A stretch of 64,000 bases of DNA from Methanobacteriota archaeon (GCA_963719035.1 CAVRAO010000008.1:288001-352000); one strand, 5' to 3'; numbered from the stretch's first letter, positions 11,121 through 21,724 are shown. The notes: a model not told the origin generated them from the sequence alone. Program-made: numbers and translations.

Positions 11121-12279
11121 TCAATCGCTAGCGCCAAAAACATCTTTGACTGTGCTAAAGACTTTGGACTTTCGGCTGGCTTTCACGATTGTTTCGCCGC
11201 TTATAGATGCAAGCTCTTGAAAAAGCGCTTTTTCCCTTTCGGTCAGATTCTTTGGAATCTCAACGATTAACGTCGTGTATTGACTGCCCCGACCACGCCC
11301 GTGAATGCTTGGGGCGCCCTTGTCTTTCAAACGTATCGTTGTACCGCTTTGCGTTCCTGCGTGAAGATCTACCATTAAAGCGCCATATACAGACGGCACT
11401 TCAATTTTCCCGCCCAACGCTGCCGTTGAGACGCTTATAGTTACGTCACAATAGATGTCATCGCCTTCGCGTTTGAACACGGGATGTGGTCTAACGTGAA
11501 TAACTATAAGCAAATCACCCGGGGGCCCGCCACGGACCCCTACAGAACCTTCACCCGCTTTTCGGATGTGTAAGCCTGAATATGCCCCTTCTGGAACCTT
11601 GATAGGGACTGTCTTCGTAGATTTGACCCTTCCAGGTACTCTTACAATGCTTGCATTTGGTCTCGAATATTTTACCTTCACCTTGACACTCGGGGCAAGT
11701 TTCGATCCTGATAACCTGGCCCCCAAAGATGTTCTGAGCACGCTGTATCTCGCCTCTACCGCCACAGGAAGGGCACGTTTTTATGTCACTGCCTGGTTCG
11801 GCACCTGTTCCTGCGCAGTTATCACAGCGTTGATATCGAGATACTTTTAGTTTGACTTCAGCCCCAAAAATTGACTCTTCAAATGATAATTCGACGTCGG
11901 CTTGCAAATCGGGACCTCGTCGCGGACCTGTCGGACGCGTCCTTGTTTGGGTTCCGAATGGACTGGTACCGAAGCCCCCTCCGAAGAATGTCTCGAAAAT
12001 ATCTGAAAAGTCGCCAAATCCGCCGCTATCGCTGAATCCTGCTCCAGACGAAGCTTGCTCGAAACCTGCGTGGCCAACCCTGTCATAGGTTGAGCGTTTG
12101 CTTGGATTGCTGAGTGTCTCATAAGCCTCAGTAATCTCCTTAAACTTGTCTTCTGCCTCGCTTTTGTCGGGGCAAACATCAGGATGATATTTTAAAGCAA
12201 GTTTTCTATAGGCTTTCTTTATCTCTGCCTCTGTGGCAGTCTTGTCGACTCCTAGCACTTCGTAATAATCACGTTTCAT
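11121..12279 (-). CDS. dnaJ: Chaperone DnaJ, +1 frameshift near 11635
   Basis: J domain with HPD, G/F region, CxxCxGxG repeats; the C-terminal domain (GPPGDL, PxKL) lies in the adjacent frame. Confidence 0.92.
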
Positions 12280-12295
12280 GAGGTCTATTTACGCA

Positions 12296-14089
12296 CTACT
12301 TCTCGTCGACTACCTCGTAGTCCGATTCTTCGGTCGGGGGTTCTTGTTTTGCTTCTTCTGCAGTCTTAGCGTAGAGCTCGGTCGTAATTTGATAAATCGT
12401 GTTCGTTAGTTGTTCTGTTGCCTGTTTAATGGCTTGGATGTCTGTACCGTTGAGGGCCTCGCGCACTTTTTCGATTTCGGTCGAAACCTTGCTCTTATTA
12501 GAAGCGTCGACCTTATCTCCAGACTCTCTCAATGTTTTTTCGGCCGTGTATACCATAGAATCCGCGCTGTTTCTGATCTCCGCTTCTTCTTTCTTCTTTC
12601 GATCCTCATCAGCGTGGGCCTCAGCATCTTTGACTAATTGATTAATCTCTTCTTCACTAAGGCTGCTGGTTGCCGTTATAGTAATCTTCTGCTCGTTACC
12701 CGTTCCCAAATCCTTTGCCGAAACGTGCACAATACCGTTAGCGTCTATATCAAAGGTGACGTCGATCTGGGGAACCCCTCGCGGCGCAGGGGGGATTCCG
12801 ACTAACTGAAATCGCCCGAGGGTTTTGTTGCCGACAGCCATTTCACGTTCACCCTGAAGCACGTGAATCTCAACAGAGGTCTGGCTATCAGCTGCAGTCG
12901 AAAATATTTGAGATTTCTTGGTAGGAATAGTGGTATTCTTTTCAATGAGTTTAGTGAACACGCCACCGAGAGTCTCTATTCCCAAGGATAAGGGAGTGAC
13001 GTCGAGCAGCAACACATCTTTCACCTCGCCGACAAGAATGCCGGCTTGGATTGCAGCGCCGATTGCCACGCATTCGTCCGGGTTAATGCCACGATCGGGC
13101 TCTTTGCCAAGGTATTGCTTTATGGCGTTTTGCACCGAAGGAGTGCGAGTAGAGCCCCCGACTAGTAGGATGCGGTTGATGTCCTTTGGCTCAAGCTTCG
13201 CGTCTTTCATAGCCTGTCTCATCGGCCCCATCGTCTTTTCGACCAAATCCTCCGTCAGCTTGTCAAACTGCGCCCGCGTTAACGACATGTCCAGGTGCTT
13301 TGGGCCATTTTGATCTGCCGTGATAAACGGGAGGTTTATTGCGGCACTGGTCAACGTTGACAACTCGATCTTAGCCTTCTCTGCCGCCTCCTTGAGTCTC
13401 TGCAAAGCCATCTTATCGTCTCTGAGATCGATGCCGTGGTCCTTCTTGAACTGATCGGCAAGATAGTCGATAATCCTTTGATCAAAGTCATCGCCACCGA
13501 GCAGGTTATTGCCGTTAGTAGCCTTTACGTGAAATACCCCGTCACCGATATCCAATATCGACACGTCAAAAGTTCCCCCGCCAAGATCAAAAACCAAAAT
13601 CTTCTGGTCTTCTGCTTTATCTAAGCCGTACGCGAGGGCTGATGCTGTTGGTTCGTTAATAATCCGCAAGACTTCAAGACCTGCTATAGTACCTGCGTCT
13701 TTCGTGGCTTGACGCTGACTATCGTTGAAATACGCAGGGACAGTGACAACGGCTTGGCTCACCTTCTCACCAAGATAATTCTCAGCATCTTGCCGCAATT
13801 TCTGTATGATCATTGCTGAGATTTCTTGTGGTGTGTAGGTCTTACCTTCAATAGCGACCGTGAAGTTGGAGCCCATCTTCCTTTTTATGGACGAAATCGT
13901 GTGATCTGGATTAGTAATCGCCTGCCTTTTAGCAATCTCGCCTACAACTCGTTCATTCTTCACGAAAGCTACCACAGAGGGCGTCGTTCGATTTCCTTCT
14001 GCGTTTGGAATTACTACTGGTTCGCCCCCTTCCATGACTGCGACGACAGAGTTAGTCGTTCCCAAATCTATGCCTATTACCTTGCTCAT
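12296..14089 (-). CDS. dnaK: Chaperone DnaK
   Basis: [34 protein letters not shown]. Confidence 0.98.
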   Translation of the reverse strand: MSKVIGIDLGTTNSVVAVMEGGEPVVIPNAEGNRTTPSVVAFVKNERVVGEIAKRQAITNPDHTISSIKRKMGSNFTVAIEGKTYTPQEISAMIIQKLRQDAENYLGEKVSQAVVTVPAYFNDSQRQATKDAGTIAGLEVLRIINEPTASALAYGLDKAEDQKILVFDLGGGTFDVSILDIGDGVFHVKATNGNNLLGGDDFDQRIIDYLADQFKKDHGIDLRDDKMALQRLKEAAEKAKIELSTLTSAAINLPFITADQNGPKHLDMSLTRAQFDKLTEDLVEKTMGPMRQAMKDAKLEPKDINRILLVGGSTRTPSVQNAIKQYLGKEPDRGINPDECVAIGAAIQAGILVGEVKDVLLLDVTPLSLGIETLGGVFTKLIEKNTTIPTKKSQIFSTAADSQTSVEIHVLQGEREMAVGNKTLGRFQLVGIPPAPRGVPQIDVTFDIDANGIVHVSAKDLGTGNEQKITITATSSLSEEEINQLVKDAEAHADEDRKKKEEAEIRNSADSMVYTAEKTLRESGDKVDASNKSKVSTEIEKVREALNGTDIQAIKQATEQLTNTIYQITTELYAKTAEEAKQEPPTEESDYEVVDEK

Positions 14090-14616
14090 TTGTCCACCCT
14101 ATTTGTGCTTTTGTTGACCTTCACTTTGGAAGGCCGAACCACCTTTTCATGAAGCTTATAGCCCTTTTGAATCTCCTCAGTTATCACGTTATCTGGTAGG
14201 CTAGTATCACCTTCAGTCATAATTGCCTCGTGCAAATGCGGATCAAAAAACTCTCCGACCGACTTTATGCTCGTGACGCCGCTCTTGCCAAGAATATCGC
14301 ATAGCTGTTTGTGTATCAATTCGATTCCTTCAGAAATGCCTTGGTTGCTTTCAGTCCGCAGTGCCTGAGCAGCTCGTTCAAGGTTGTCAGAGATGACAAG
14401 CAATTCCTTAATCAGTTCAACAGATGCGTACTTTGAGAGATGCTCACTTTGTGTCTTAGTTCGCCGCTTAAAGTTTTCAAAGTCAGCCTGAAGCCTTTGT
14501 AGGCGCGAGAAGTATTCCTCATTCTGTTTCTTGACGCTGTCAAGTTCCGTTAAAAGAGCTGTTTCCGCAGCGGGAATTTCGACTTCGATAAGCTCTTGGT
14601 CATCATCTTGTGGAAT
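14086..14616 (-). CDS. grpE: Nucleotide exchange factor GrpE (~176 aa), probable ATT start
   Basis: Frame stays open upstream of the called TTG through [12 protein letters not shown] and an acidic N-terminus; C-terminal FDPHLHEA and [11 protein letters not shown]. Confidence 0.9.
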   Translation of the reverse strand: MPQDDDQELIEVEIPAAETALLTELDSVKKQNEEYFSRLQRLQADFENFKRRTKTQSEHLSKYASVELIKELLVISDNLERAAQALRTESNQGISEGIELIHKQLCDILGKSGVTSIKSVGEFFDPHLHEAIMTEGDTSLPDNVITEEIQKGYKLHEKVVRPSKVKVNKSTNRVDK

Positions 14617-14659
14617 CGGCGATACCCCCTCCAGAAAAAGACTGTATTTTTTTTATATG

Positions 14660-14695
14660 TTTGCACTTCTATATAAAAGCTCTTAAGAGAGCTAA
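14660..14695 (-). promoter_or_regulatory. grpE-dnaK-dnaJ promoter: TATA box inside a CIRCE-like inverted repeat
   Basis: Minus strand TTAGCTCTC-ttaagagcTTTTATATAg-AAGTGCAAA. Confidence 0.55.
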
Positions 14696-14852
14696 ATTGA
14701 AAAAGATCGAGTCTGTGCGCCTTTTTTTTAAGTTCTACTTTCACATCTAGTCGTTCTGGTTAGTCGCTCCAATTCTCCTTTGTCCTACAGCTAAAACGTA
14801 AAACTCACTTCAAATTTTTATCGCAGGATTGCGTTGACGGCCTTTTACCGCC

Positions 14853-16067
14853 TTAAACAATATTGCTGTAATTGTCGATATCCTTTCTGATTGTCGTTGC
14901 CGATTCAACGGTACAATGTACTCCAACGATTTTTCCCGCCTCGACGAGAATTCCATGCCCAAAACGACAGTTCTCTCCAATTATAGCGCCCAAGTTCATT
15001 ACGTGGTGGAGCTCTCCATCGAGAAACGGCATCGCAATCTTTGTTTGCTCGGTAATGAAATGCGAACCGATCATCGTATTTTTACCTATGATTGAGTTTG
15101 CGACAAGCGAATGAGAACCTAACCGCACATCATTCATTATCAAAGAGTTTCGCACTTCAGTAAAAGAGTCAATCGTAACGCCGTTGCCAATGCTCGTTGA
15201 CGGTAAAATGGTGACATTAGGTCCAATCTCAACATCTCTGCCTATCACAACTGGTCCAAGCACGTACGATCCTGATCTTATGATCGAATTCTCTCCTACG
15301 ATAACGCTTCCTCGCACTTTCGCATCGTCTTCTACCTGGCCATTCTGTTGCGAGGATACATCTTTGATGGAAGAAAGCACCGCAGCATTTGCAGTGAGTA
15401 GATCCCACGGATAGCTCGCGTCGATCCACATAGACGTCGTATGAACCCCAGTAACGTCGTAATGCTTCTCAATCATCCTCTGAATGGTGTCTGTGATCTC
15501 ATATTCTCCTCTTGGGGATATCTTGGTATAGGGAATTTCGTTAAATGCTGCCGGCGTGAAAACATAGATCCCTGTGTTAATATAATGGCTAATATCCGTG
15601 CCCGGTTTTTCGATTATTTGCGTTACGCGGTTTCCTTCCGTTATTGCGACCCCATAACCCTTGACGTTTTCTTTTACAGTCAAAAGTAGCGTTACGTCGC
15701 CAGATGCATTATCCAAGACCTCTTCAATAGCCTCCGGACTGGTTAAGTTATCACCATTTAGAACTAAGAATTTTTCTTCGATTGAATCTTCAGCTAGCTT
15801 AATCGCATGGGCCGTTCCGAGCTGTTGTGGCTGCTCAACATATGTTATTTCTACGCCGAATTTCTTCCCACCTTCGAAGTAGTTCATTACTTTTTCTTTC
15901 TTGTAGCCAACTACAAGACTTATGTCGGTAACACCGCTCCTAGCAAGAGAGTCAATCACATATTCAAGGATGGGACGGTTAGCTACAGGCACCATCGCTT
16001 TTGGTTGAGTCAATGTAAATGGCCTTAAACGCGTTCCTTCCCCTGCAGCTAGGACAATAGCTTTCAC
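14853..16067 (-). CDS. GlmU-like sugar-1-phosphate nucleotidyltransferase with left-handed beta-helix
   Basis: LAAGEGTRLRP, QLGTAHA, EKP, RGEYEITD, hexapeptide repeats; start GTG 16067. Confidence 0.88.
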   Translation of the reverse strand: MKAIVLAAGEGTRLRPFTLTQPKAMVPVANRPILEYVIDSLARSGVTDISLVVGYKKEKVMNYFEGGKKFGVEITYVEQPQQLGTAHAIKLAEDSIEEKFLVLNGDNLTSPEAIEEVLDNASGDVTLLLTVKENVKGYGVAITEGNRVTQIIEKPGTDISHYINTGIYVFTPAAFNEIPYTKISPRGEYEITDTIQRMIEKHYDVTGVHTTSMWIDASYPWDLLTANAAVLSSIKDVSSQQNGQVEDDAKVRGSVIVGENSIIRSGSYVLGPVVIGRDVEIGPNVTILPSTSIGNGVTIDSFTEVRNSLIMNDVRLGSHSLVANSIIGKNTMIGSHFITEQTKIAMPFLDGELHHVMNLGAIIGENCRFGHGILVEAGKIVGVHCTVESATTIRKDIDNYSNIV

Positions 16068-16170
16068 TGTACCCCTTCGCACATCTATACGGAAAATAAC
16101 TATATAGCCGTTACTTATCATGCTGATTGGGACGCAGAAGTTGAAGTCTTGTTGTTGCAGGTGCTAACGC

Positions 16171-17805
16171 TTGCAGATGTGGTCACTTATGAAAGGAGAG
16201 CAATGCAAGAACCTTGAGGAGCTTACAAGCGCTGTCGTAGACAACGCCATTTTCCCTGATAACGAAATACTAGGCAAGCGAAAAGAGTTTGCCAAACACA
16301 TCGAAGCTTTCCACAACGATTCCCAAATCCCACTCTGCATAGACTATGATGGAATCGTCGTGATGACTGCACACCAGCCAAATTTTTTTCCGTACAGCGG
16401 AGTTGTACGAAAGGCAGTACTACTTCACGCTGTGGCAGAACATTTGCGAGAGCGGCTTAACTGTCCTGTAGCGGAGCTATTCTGCTTTGCTGACCAAGAC
16501 TTCGCAGATGAAAGATGGTTCCGAGAAGCGCAACTCCCGAGCGTTAGAAACAAAAACGGAACTCTCAGCCTCCATTTAAAGGTCGCTGACATTTACAATA
16601 ACAAGATCCTCCATGCTGTTCCGAAACCTGAAAGTGATGAAGTTGAGAAAATAAAAAATGAAATTCAGCGGTGGGTCTCTGAATCAAAAGAGTCAATATT
16701 AAAAAGCTCGAAGCGATTGGGGTTAGATGTCCCCGACGTTTGCTTAGAGACAAGATCTGTCTTCGAACTTATTGATCGCGCAGGAGAGCGAAGCACAAAC
16801 GCTGCTGATTTTAACGCTTTTTTTTTAGCATACCTTATCGAACAGTCTGGTCATAAAACTGCTTTCGCACGCTTTTCTGAATGTCAACAGGTATTCCGTG
16901 ATGAAATCGCTTTTATGTTAGAAAACGCCGACCAATACGCAAGATTGATGGCTGAATCACAGAAAAAGCCTACTTTCGCACCTCACACCCCGATTTGGTA
17001 CCATTGCCCTTGCAACGGAAAGGCAGACGTCGAGGCAAGGTCTACTCACGACTGCGCGCTCGTCACTAGGTGTCGTGCGTGTAACACGACCTCCGAGTTT
17101 AAAGGCAACTTGCGCTCAGCGTTGCAGCAGATGTTGCCAAACGTGTCGCTGCGAGCAGAAGCTATGCTCATCGCTTTCAGCGGCATCGGCATTACATTCT
17201 ATGTTGGAGGCATGGGAGGTACCGAATATCTCCGCAGAGCCGCAAAGATCGCTGACGCCCTTGGCGTACGTTTTCCAGTTGTCTCAACGTGGAGGCCCAA
17301 AGATGTTTACGGAGGCGTCGGCCAGTTGGATGCAATGCTAGAACTTTTAAGGGTTAAGGCTCAATACAATCTTGTTCAGGACGACGAGAAGTGCGACGTA
17401 GCAATTCTGCAGCGCGAGTTGGATGACATGTTAGCGGACCTAGATGGGGCGATCTGCGCGCTCGACAATCTCAAAATTGCCGTTGCAAATAGGAAGGTTG
17501 ATGGTTTTAAAGAGAAAATAGGTTTCATCGTCAACATGCAAACTCAGTTGAAGACGCAATTTGAACGGAATAAGATCGCAAGAGATCGTTCGATTGTGGC
17601 CAACACAAAAAAGACACTCAGCATGGTTCCCTCTATCATCGATTATGCAGTCAACATCGGTGTGCAATCGACCACCGCACAATGGTTGGCCGCACTGGAA
17701 CAAAACACGCATTTTGACGAGACGTTGCTACTGAAGACCAATACTGCAATGGACGCGTTATTCGACGAGACAAGACAATTATGCGTCGGTGATTTGTTTG
17801 AATAG
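16171..17805 (+). CDS. BshC-like putative amino-acid ligase (Rossmannoid) with zinc-ribbon insert and coiled coil
   Basis: TAHQPNFFP, FADQD, CPC..CRAC, PNVSLR, YVGGMGGTEY..FPVV, helical C-terminus; 544 aa. Confidence 0.55.
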   Translation: MQMWSLMKGEQCKNLEELTSAVVDNAIFPDNEILGKRKEFAKHIEAFHNDSQIPLCIDYDGIVVMTAHQPNFFPYSGVVRKAVLLHAVAEHLRERLNCPVAELFCFADQDFADERWFREAQLPSVRNKNGTLSLHLKVADIYNNKILHAVPKPESDEVEKIKNEIQRWVSESKESILKSSKRLGLDVPDVCLETRSVFELIDRAGERSTNAADFNAFFLAYLIEQSGHKTAFARFSECQQVFRDEIAFMLENADQYARLMAESQKKPTFAPHTPIWYHCPCNGKADVEARSTHDCALVTRCRACNTTSEFKGNLRSALQQMLPNVSLRAEAMLIAFSGIGITFYVGGMGGTEYLRRAAKIADALGVRFPVVSTWRPKDVYGGVGQLDAMLELLRVKAQYNLVQDDEKCDVAILQRELDDMLADLDGAICALDNLKIAVANRKVDGFKEKIGFIVNMQTQLKTQFERNKIARDRSIVANTKKTLSMVPSIIDYAVNIGVQSTTAQWLAALEQNTHFDETLLLKTNTAMDALFDETRQLCVGDLFE

Positions 17806-18421
17806 AGTAGTGCTAGCGATCGGCGCTCATCCTGATGACTGTGAATTAGGTTGCTACGCCACGTTAGCCTATCACAAAAGCAAAGGCGACTCGGTTCACC
17901 TCATGATACTCTCAAAAGGCGAGGCGGGGGGACCAAGTGAAAAAAGAATTACAGAGAGCAAAGAAGCCGCCCGGGTACTTGGTGCGGATAGCATCACGAT
18001 CGGCGACCTAAGAGATCGGATGATTACAACTGACTATCAGACAATCGAGCTTATTCAGGCAAAGTTAGAGGAATTACAGCCGGACAGGATATACACTCAC
18101 AGCCCGCACGATAATCATCAAGATCATCGAAATGCTGCGTTAGCAACTATGACGCTTTACCGGCATGTTGACGATATATTCCTTTATGAGTCCCCGAGCG
18201 TGTCACACGAGTTCACTCCGCGGGTTTTTGTCAATATAACGCGTTTCTTCCATGTCAAAAACGAGGCTTTAAAACTCCACGAAACACAGAATAACAAATA
18301 TTACGTTAGAACAGAAGCGATCGCTGCTCTTGCTCAGTATCGCGCTTTTCAGGCTGGGATGCTAACTACGTATAATCACAGCAAAGCTGAAGCTTTCGAT
18401 CTAGCAAAATTAACTTTATAA
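17789..18421 (+). CDS. PIG-L/LmbE (BshB-like) N-acetyl-sugar deacetylase
   Basis: AIGAHPDD, GEAG, R..E...A, HQDH, final AEAF; overlaps the stop of the upstream gene. Confidence 0.9.
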   Translation: MICLNRVVLAIGAHPDDCELGCYATLAYHKSKGDSVHLMILSKGEAGGPSEKRITESKEAARVLGADSITIGDLRDRMITTDYQTIELIQAKLEELQPDRIYTHSPHDNHQDHRNAALATMTLYRHVDDIFLYESPSVSHEFTPRVFVNITRFFHVKNEALKLHETQNNKYYVRTEAIAALAQYRAFQAGMLTTYNHSKAEAFDLAKLTL

Positions 18422-18450
18422 CCATCTACCCGCGAAGACATTAAAGAGGG

Positions 18451-18789
18451 TTAAGCACCTTTTCGAGGTTTAACCACCCTACGCCTGTCTTTGACCGCCA
18501 AGCCCGCTGCTCTTAACGCCCATATAATTAGGAAAAAGATGGTTACGAGGGTAAGAGCGGCCAGCAGGCTGTAAGGAGTGATTCCGCCTGTGAGACTTAT
18601 GAGCGATTGAGAATAGCTCATGAGAAGCCCAATCGTAACTACAATTGTAATGCTTAATCCGATAGATATTGCGAGCCGCTCGGTCACTTCTAGTTGATTT
18701 AATCGTGGAAAAAATGCGAGCGACATAGCGAACCCCGGAACGACAAGGACAGCAATGAAAGCAAGAGCAATTTGTATGATGCTCGACAT
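18451..18789 (-). CDS. DUF1616-like small membrane protein
   Basis: VPGF..SLAFFP, ERLAISIGLSI, three TM helices; GGAGGAG RBS before ATG 18789. Confidence 0.7.
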   Translation of the reverse strand: MSSIIQIALAFIAVLVVPGFAMSLAFFPRLNQLEVTERLAISIGLSITIVVTIGLLMSYSQSLISLTGGITPYSLLAALTLVTIFFLIIWALRAAGLAVKDRRRVVKPRKGA

Positions 18790-18908
18790 GACTCCTCCAA
18801 ACTCATATACTTCAGATAAACGTGGGACCCTAGGACATGCTTTACGCAAATAGAGGTTGAACGAACCTAACCTTTTTCTCTAAAAATGAAGCAACAAAAT
18901 CAATCTTT

Positions 18909-19820
18909 TTAACTCATAAAGCGACTTAACTTTTCAAGACCGTCAGTGATTTTAGTTTCTGGCTCATAGTCAATGAGCTTCTTTGCTAAGCTGATATCTG
19001 CCAAAGATCGCCTCCCATCTCCAACCCGCGGCGTTGTGTGTACGATACGTGCATTCGTGGGCACTATTTCTTTTATTTTTTTGGCGAGGTCGTTTATGGA
19101 CGTCTCTACCCCACTTCCGACGTTAATGGCGGTACCCGAAGCTTTACTTTTTGCCGCTAGCAGATTTGCCCGAACTACGTCCCTCACGTAGACGAAATCA
19201 CGAGTTTGCTTACCATCCCCAAATATCTGGATTTTAGCATTTGACCTCGCATCGTAGAAAAACTTACTTATCACACCAGCGTATGCGTTTTCGGGTCGCT
19301 GATATGGCCCGTAGACATTGAAATATCTCAACGAAATCGTGTCAATGCCGTACAAGCTGTGATAAGCGGCCAGATACAGCTCGCCGGAATACTTACTAGC
19401 TGCATATTGTGAAATGGGCCGGATCGGTTGCATCTCGTCAATAGGAAAAACATCTGCATTTCCATAAACGGCAGCGCTCGATGAATAAATAATCTTAGAT
19501 ACATCATTCTTCCGAGCAGCTTCACATACCGAGAGAGACCCTAAAATGTTGTTTTCCAAATCCACAAATGGCTCTCGCGTGCTTGCAACGACATCTACGC
19601 GCGCAGCAGTGTGGAAGACTATATCGACGTCTTTGAGTGCCTCAGAGGTAGTTTCAGCGTCTCGAATGTCACCTTTTATAAAATGAACATTAGGCAATCG
19701 GACCACTCGCGCTACACTGCTAAGATTGTCCAAGATCCGCACTTCTGAGAACTCGTTTGAAAGCAATTCAGCGAGCTGATTGCCGATAAATCCGTATCCG
19801 CCTGTAACTAGCCCAATCAT
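18909..19820 (-). CDS. NAD-dependent NDP-sugar epimerase (GalE/WbpP-like SDR)
   Basis: TGGYGFIG, SSSAAVYG, YAASK, RYFNVYGP, QTRDFVYV. Confidence 0.9.
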   Translation of the reverse strand: MIGLVTGGYGFIGNQLAELLSNEFSEVRILDNLSSVARVVRLPNVHFIKGDIRDAETTSEALKDVDIVFHTAARVDVVASTREPFVDLENNILGSLSVCEAARKNDVSKIIYSSSAAVYGNADVFPIDEMQPIRPISQYAASKYSGELYLAAYHSLYGIDTISLRYFNVYGPYQRPENAYAGVISKFFYDARSNAKIQIFGDGKQTRDFVYVRDVVRANLLAAKSKASGTAINVGSGVETSINDLAKKIKEIVPTNARIVHTTPRVGDGRRSLADISLAKKLIDYEPETKITDGLEKLSRFMS

Positions 19821-19895
19821 ATCACGAAAACACAAGACAAGTTCATTCCCGTCGGCTAATATTTAAAAGCATCGTCAGGCTTAAAGTGGCTTTCT

Positions 19896-20972
19896 TTAGG
19901 AGGAGCTCCGCTTAGTCTTGGGCCGTCTGAGGGTCCCCCATTTATAAGGATATTCCATCACAAGCTTCTTGTTGTGGCACAATGGGGTGACTTTGTCTGG
20001 GCACGAAGTTAGGCAGTCTCCGTTACAAATTGGCGTAAAATGCCCAAGCTCGTCCCTCATAGTTAATTTACCGAGCGTTGTGCATTGCGTTAGCCGGAAT
20101 AAGGCAGGATTATACTGCTCCAAACATATTGACAGGGTCATTTCGTACTTCCCACATAGCGATTCAACTTGCCTATACAACTTTAGCCGATCCACAAAAC
20201 TGAGAGAGTGATTTCCCTCTTTGAGCGCATATTTGGCTCGTATTTGAGTTCCCAAATCTGAGAATGGGCTATTCTCTATCCTAGAGATAAGTCTGTTAAA
20301 AACCCTACCATTGAAAGTGCCCGTTGATATCGTCACATTCCTAATTCCTATCGAATTTAAAGTCTCAAAAAGCTCGGTAAGTTCGTCGTGATCGTCTGTA
20401 AACCCAGAGATGATCGGATCGACTCTTGCCACCACATCTACGCCTGCGTGTGCGAGCTGCTCTATCGCTCTAAACCTTTTAAAAGCAGGTGGTGCCTTGC
20501 TTAACACGTGCAGTTTCTTCTCATTAATGCTCTCACACGTAAACGAAACGCGAAATCGTTTGTAGTCGAGCCAATTGGTGTCAAGAATTTTAAGCACGAG
20601 GTCTGACTTAGTAACGACAGTGAAGTAGACATCGTGTTTAACAGCAACGCTCATGGAGCGTAAAGCAGTATTATGTACGAGGTCAAGTGGTTGGAAAGGG
20701 TCCGTAACTGCGCAAAAATAGAGTGGGGGGCAGATCGCCACGCTACTTAGCTCAGCGTCGAGCAATTCCGGTGTGTTTTCGTATACTTCAATCGAGCGCC
20801 CATCACGAGACCACGGGTACCCTTTGGCATAGCAATAAACGCAGTCAAAAATACAATCTCCGCTTTTCGTGACATTCACAATTGCTGCGTGCGGACATTT
20901 CCGATGATTGATACGATATGGGAAATCATGGATAAGTCTGCTGCGTCGCTCTATTGGGACTGCTTTTAACAT
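19896..20972 (-). CDS. Radical SAM protein, spore-photoproduct-lyase-like family, Cys-rich C-terminus
   Basis: CIFDCVYC (CxxxCxxC), TDPFQP, VTKS, RVDPII; tail CNGDCLTSCP...C. Confidence 0.8.
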   Translation of the reverse strand: MLKAVPIERRSRLIHDFPYRINHRKCPHAAIVNVTKSGDCIFDCVYCYAKGYPWSRDGRSIEVYENTPELLDAELSSVAICPPLYFCAVTDPFQPLDLVHNTALRSMSVAVKHDVYFTVVTKSDLVLKILDTNWLDYKRFRVSFTCESINEKKLHVLSKAPPAFKRFRAIEQLAHAGVDVVARVDPIISGFTDDHDELTELFETLNSIGIRNVTISTGTFNGRVFNRLISRIENSPFSDLGTQIRAKYALKEGNHSLSFVDRLKLYRQVESLCGKYEMTLSICLEQYNPALFRLTQCTTLGKLTMRDELGHFTPICNGDCLTSCPDKVTPLCHNKKLVMEYPYKWGTLRRPKTKRSSS

Positions 20973-21169
20973 GCTGCGTCTTTGTAATGTTTATGTATTC
21001 AACCCTTAGTAATAAGCAATATTCTCAAAACGCGAGCTTACGAATGTTTTGGTTGTTCTAGCTTCGCATTCAGACAATCGAAAAGTTGAAGGTAATAACT
21101 AAGTTAAAGACCATATATGCGTATCTATCTGCGGCTGCACGGACAGTTGAATACACGAGCGATGATTAA

Positions 21170-21724
21170 ATGAACTGGCTAGAGAAATTTCTTTACAGAT
21201 TAAATATCGTTTTATTCCGAATCTGCTCGGGTAGTGCGCGAGTCTACTTAGCACGAAGACTAGGAGTGCGGATTGGCAGCAACTGTCAACTTTATTACTG
21301 CAACTTAAGCACCGAACCGTATCTGATCTCGATAGGCAATAACTGTAAAATTACGTATGGGGTAACCTTCATGACCCACGACGGCGCGAAGTGGGTTTTG
21401 GAGCAAAATCACGATTTCGAAGGCACCAAGTTTGGCCCTATTTCTATCCACGATAACTCCTTCATCGGCGTAAACTCAATAATAATGCCCAATGTGGTAA
21501 TTGGCCCGAACAGTATCGTTGGAGCTGGATCCGTCGTCACCAAAGATGTGCCTCCAAATACGGTGTATGCGGGGAATCCTGCAAGATTTATTTGCACATA
21601 TGAAGAATATTTAGAAAAATGTCGACTCAAAAACACCGGCACCATCCCTCGGGAAAACATGAAAGATGTTTTGACTAAGATGTTTGAGCAAGAACTCGAA
21701 CAACGAGTTGAACCCAGAGATTAA
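21170..21724 (+). CDS. Hexapeptide-repeat sugar acyltransferase
   Basis: TEPYLISIG, THDG, IVGAGSVVTKDVP, AGNPAR. Confidence 0.85.
   Translation: MNWLEKFLYRLNIVLFRICSGSARVYLARRLGVRIGSNCQLYYCNLSTEPYLISIGNNCKITYGVTFMTHDGAKWVLEQNHDFEGTKFGPISIHDNSFIGVNSIIMPNVVIGPNSIVGAGSVVTKDVPPNTVYAGNPARFICTYEEYLEKCRLKNTGTIPRENMKDVLTKMFEQELEQRVEPRD

Noticed and set aside
14550-14744. 64-aa ORF upstream of called grpE
   Set aside because: Spans the promoter and is out of frame with the true grpE N-terminus
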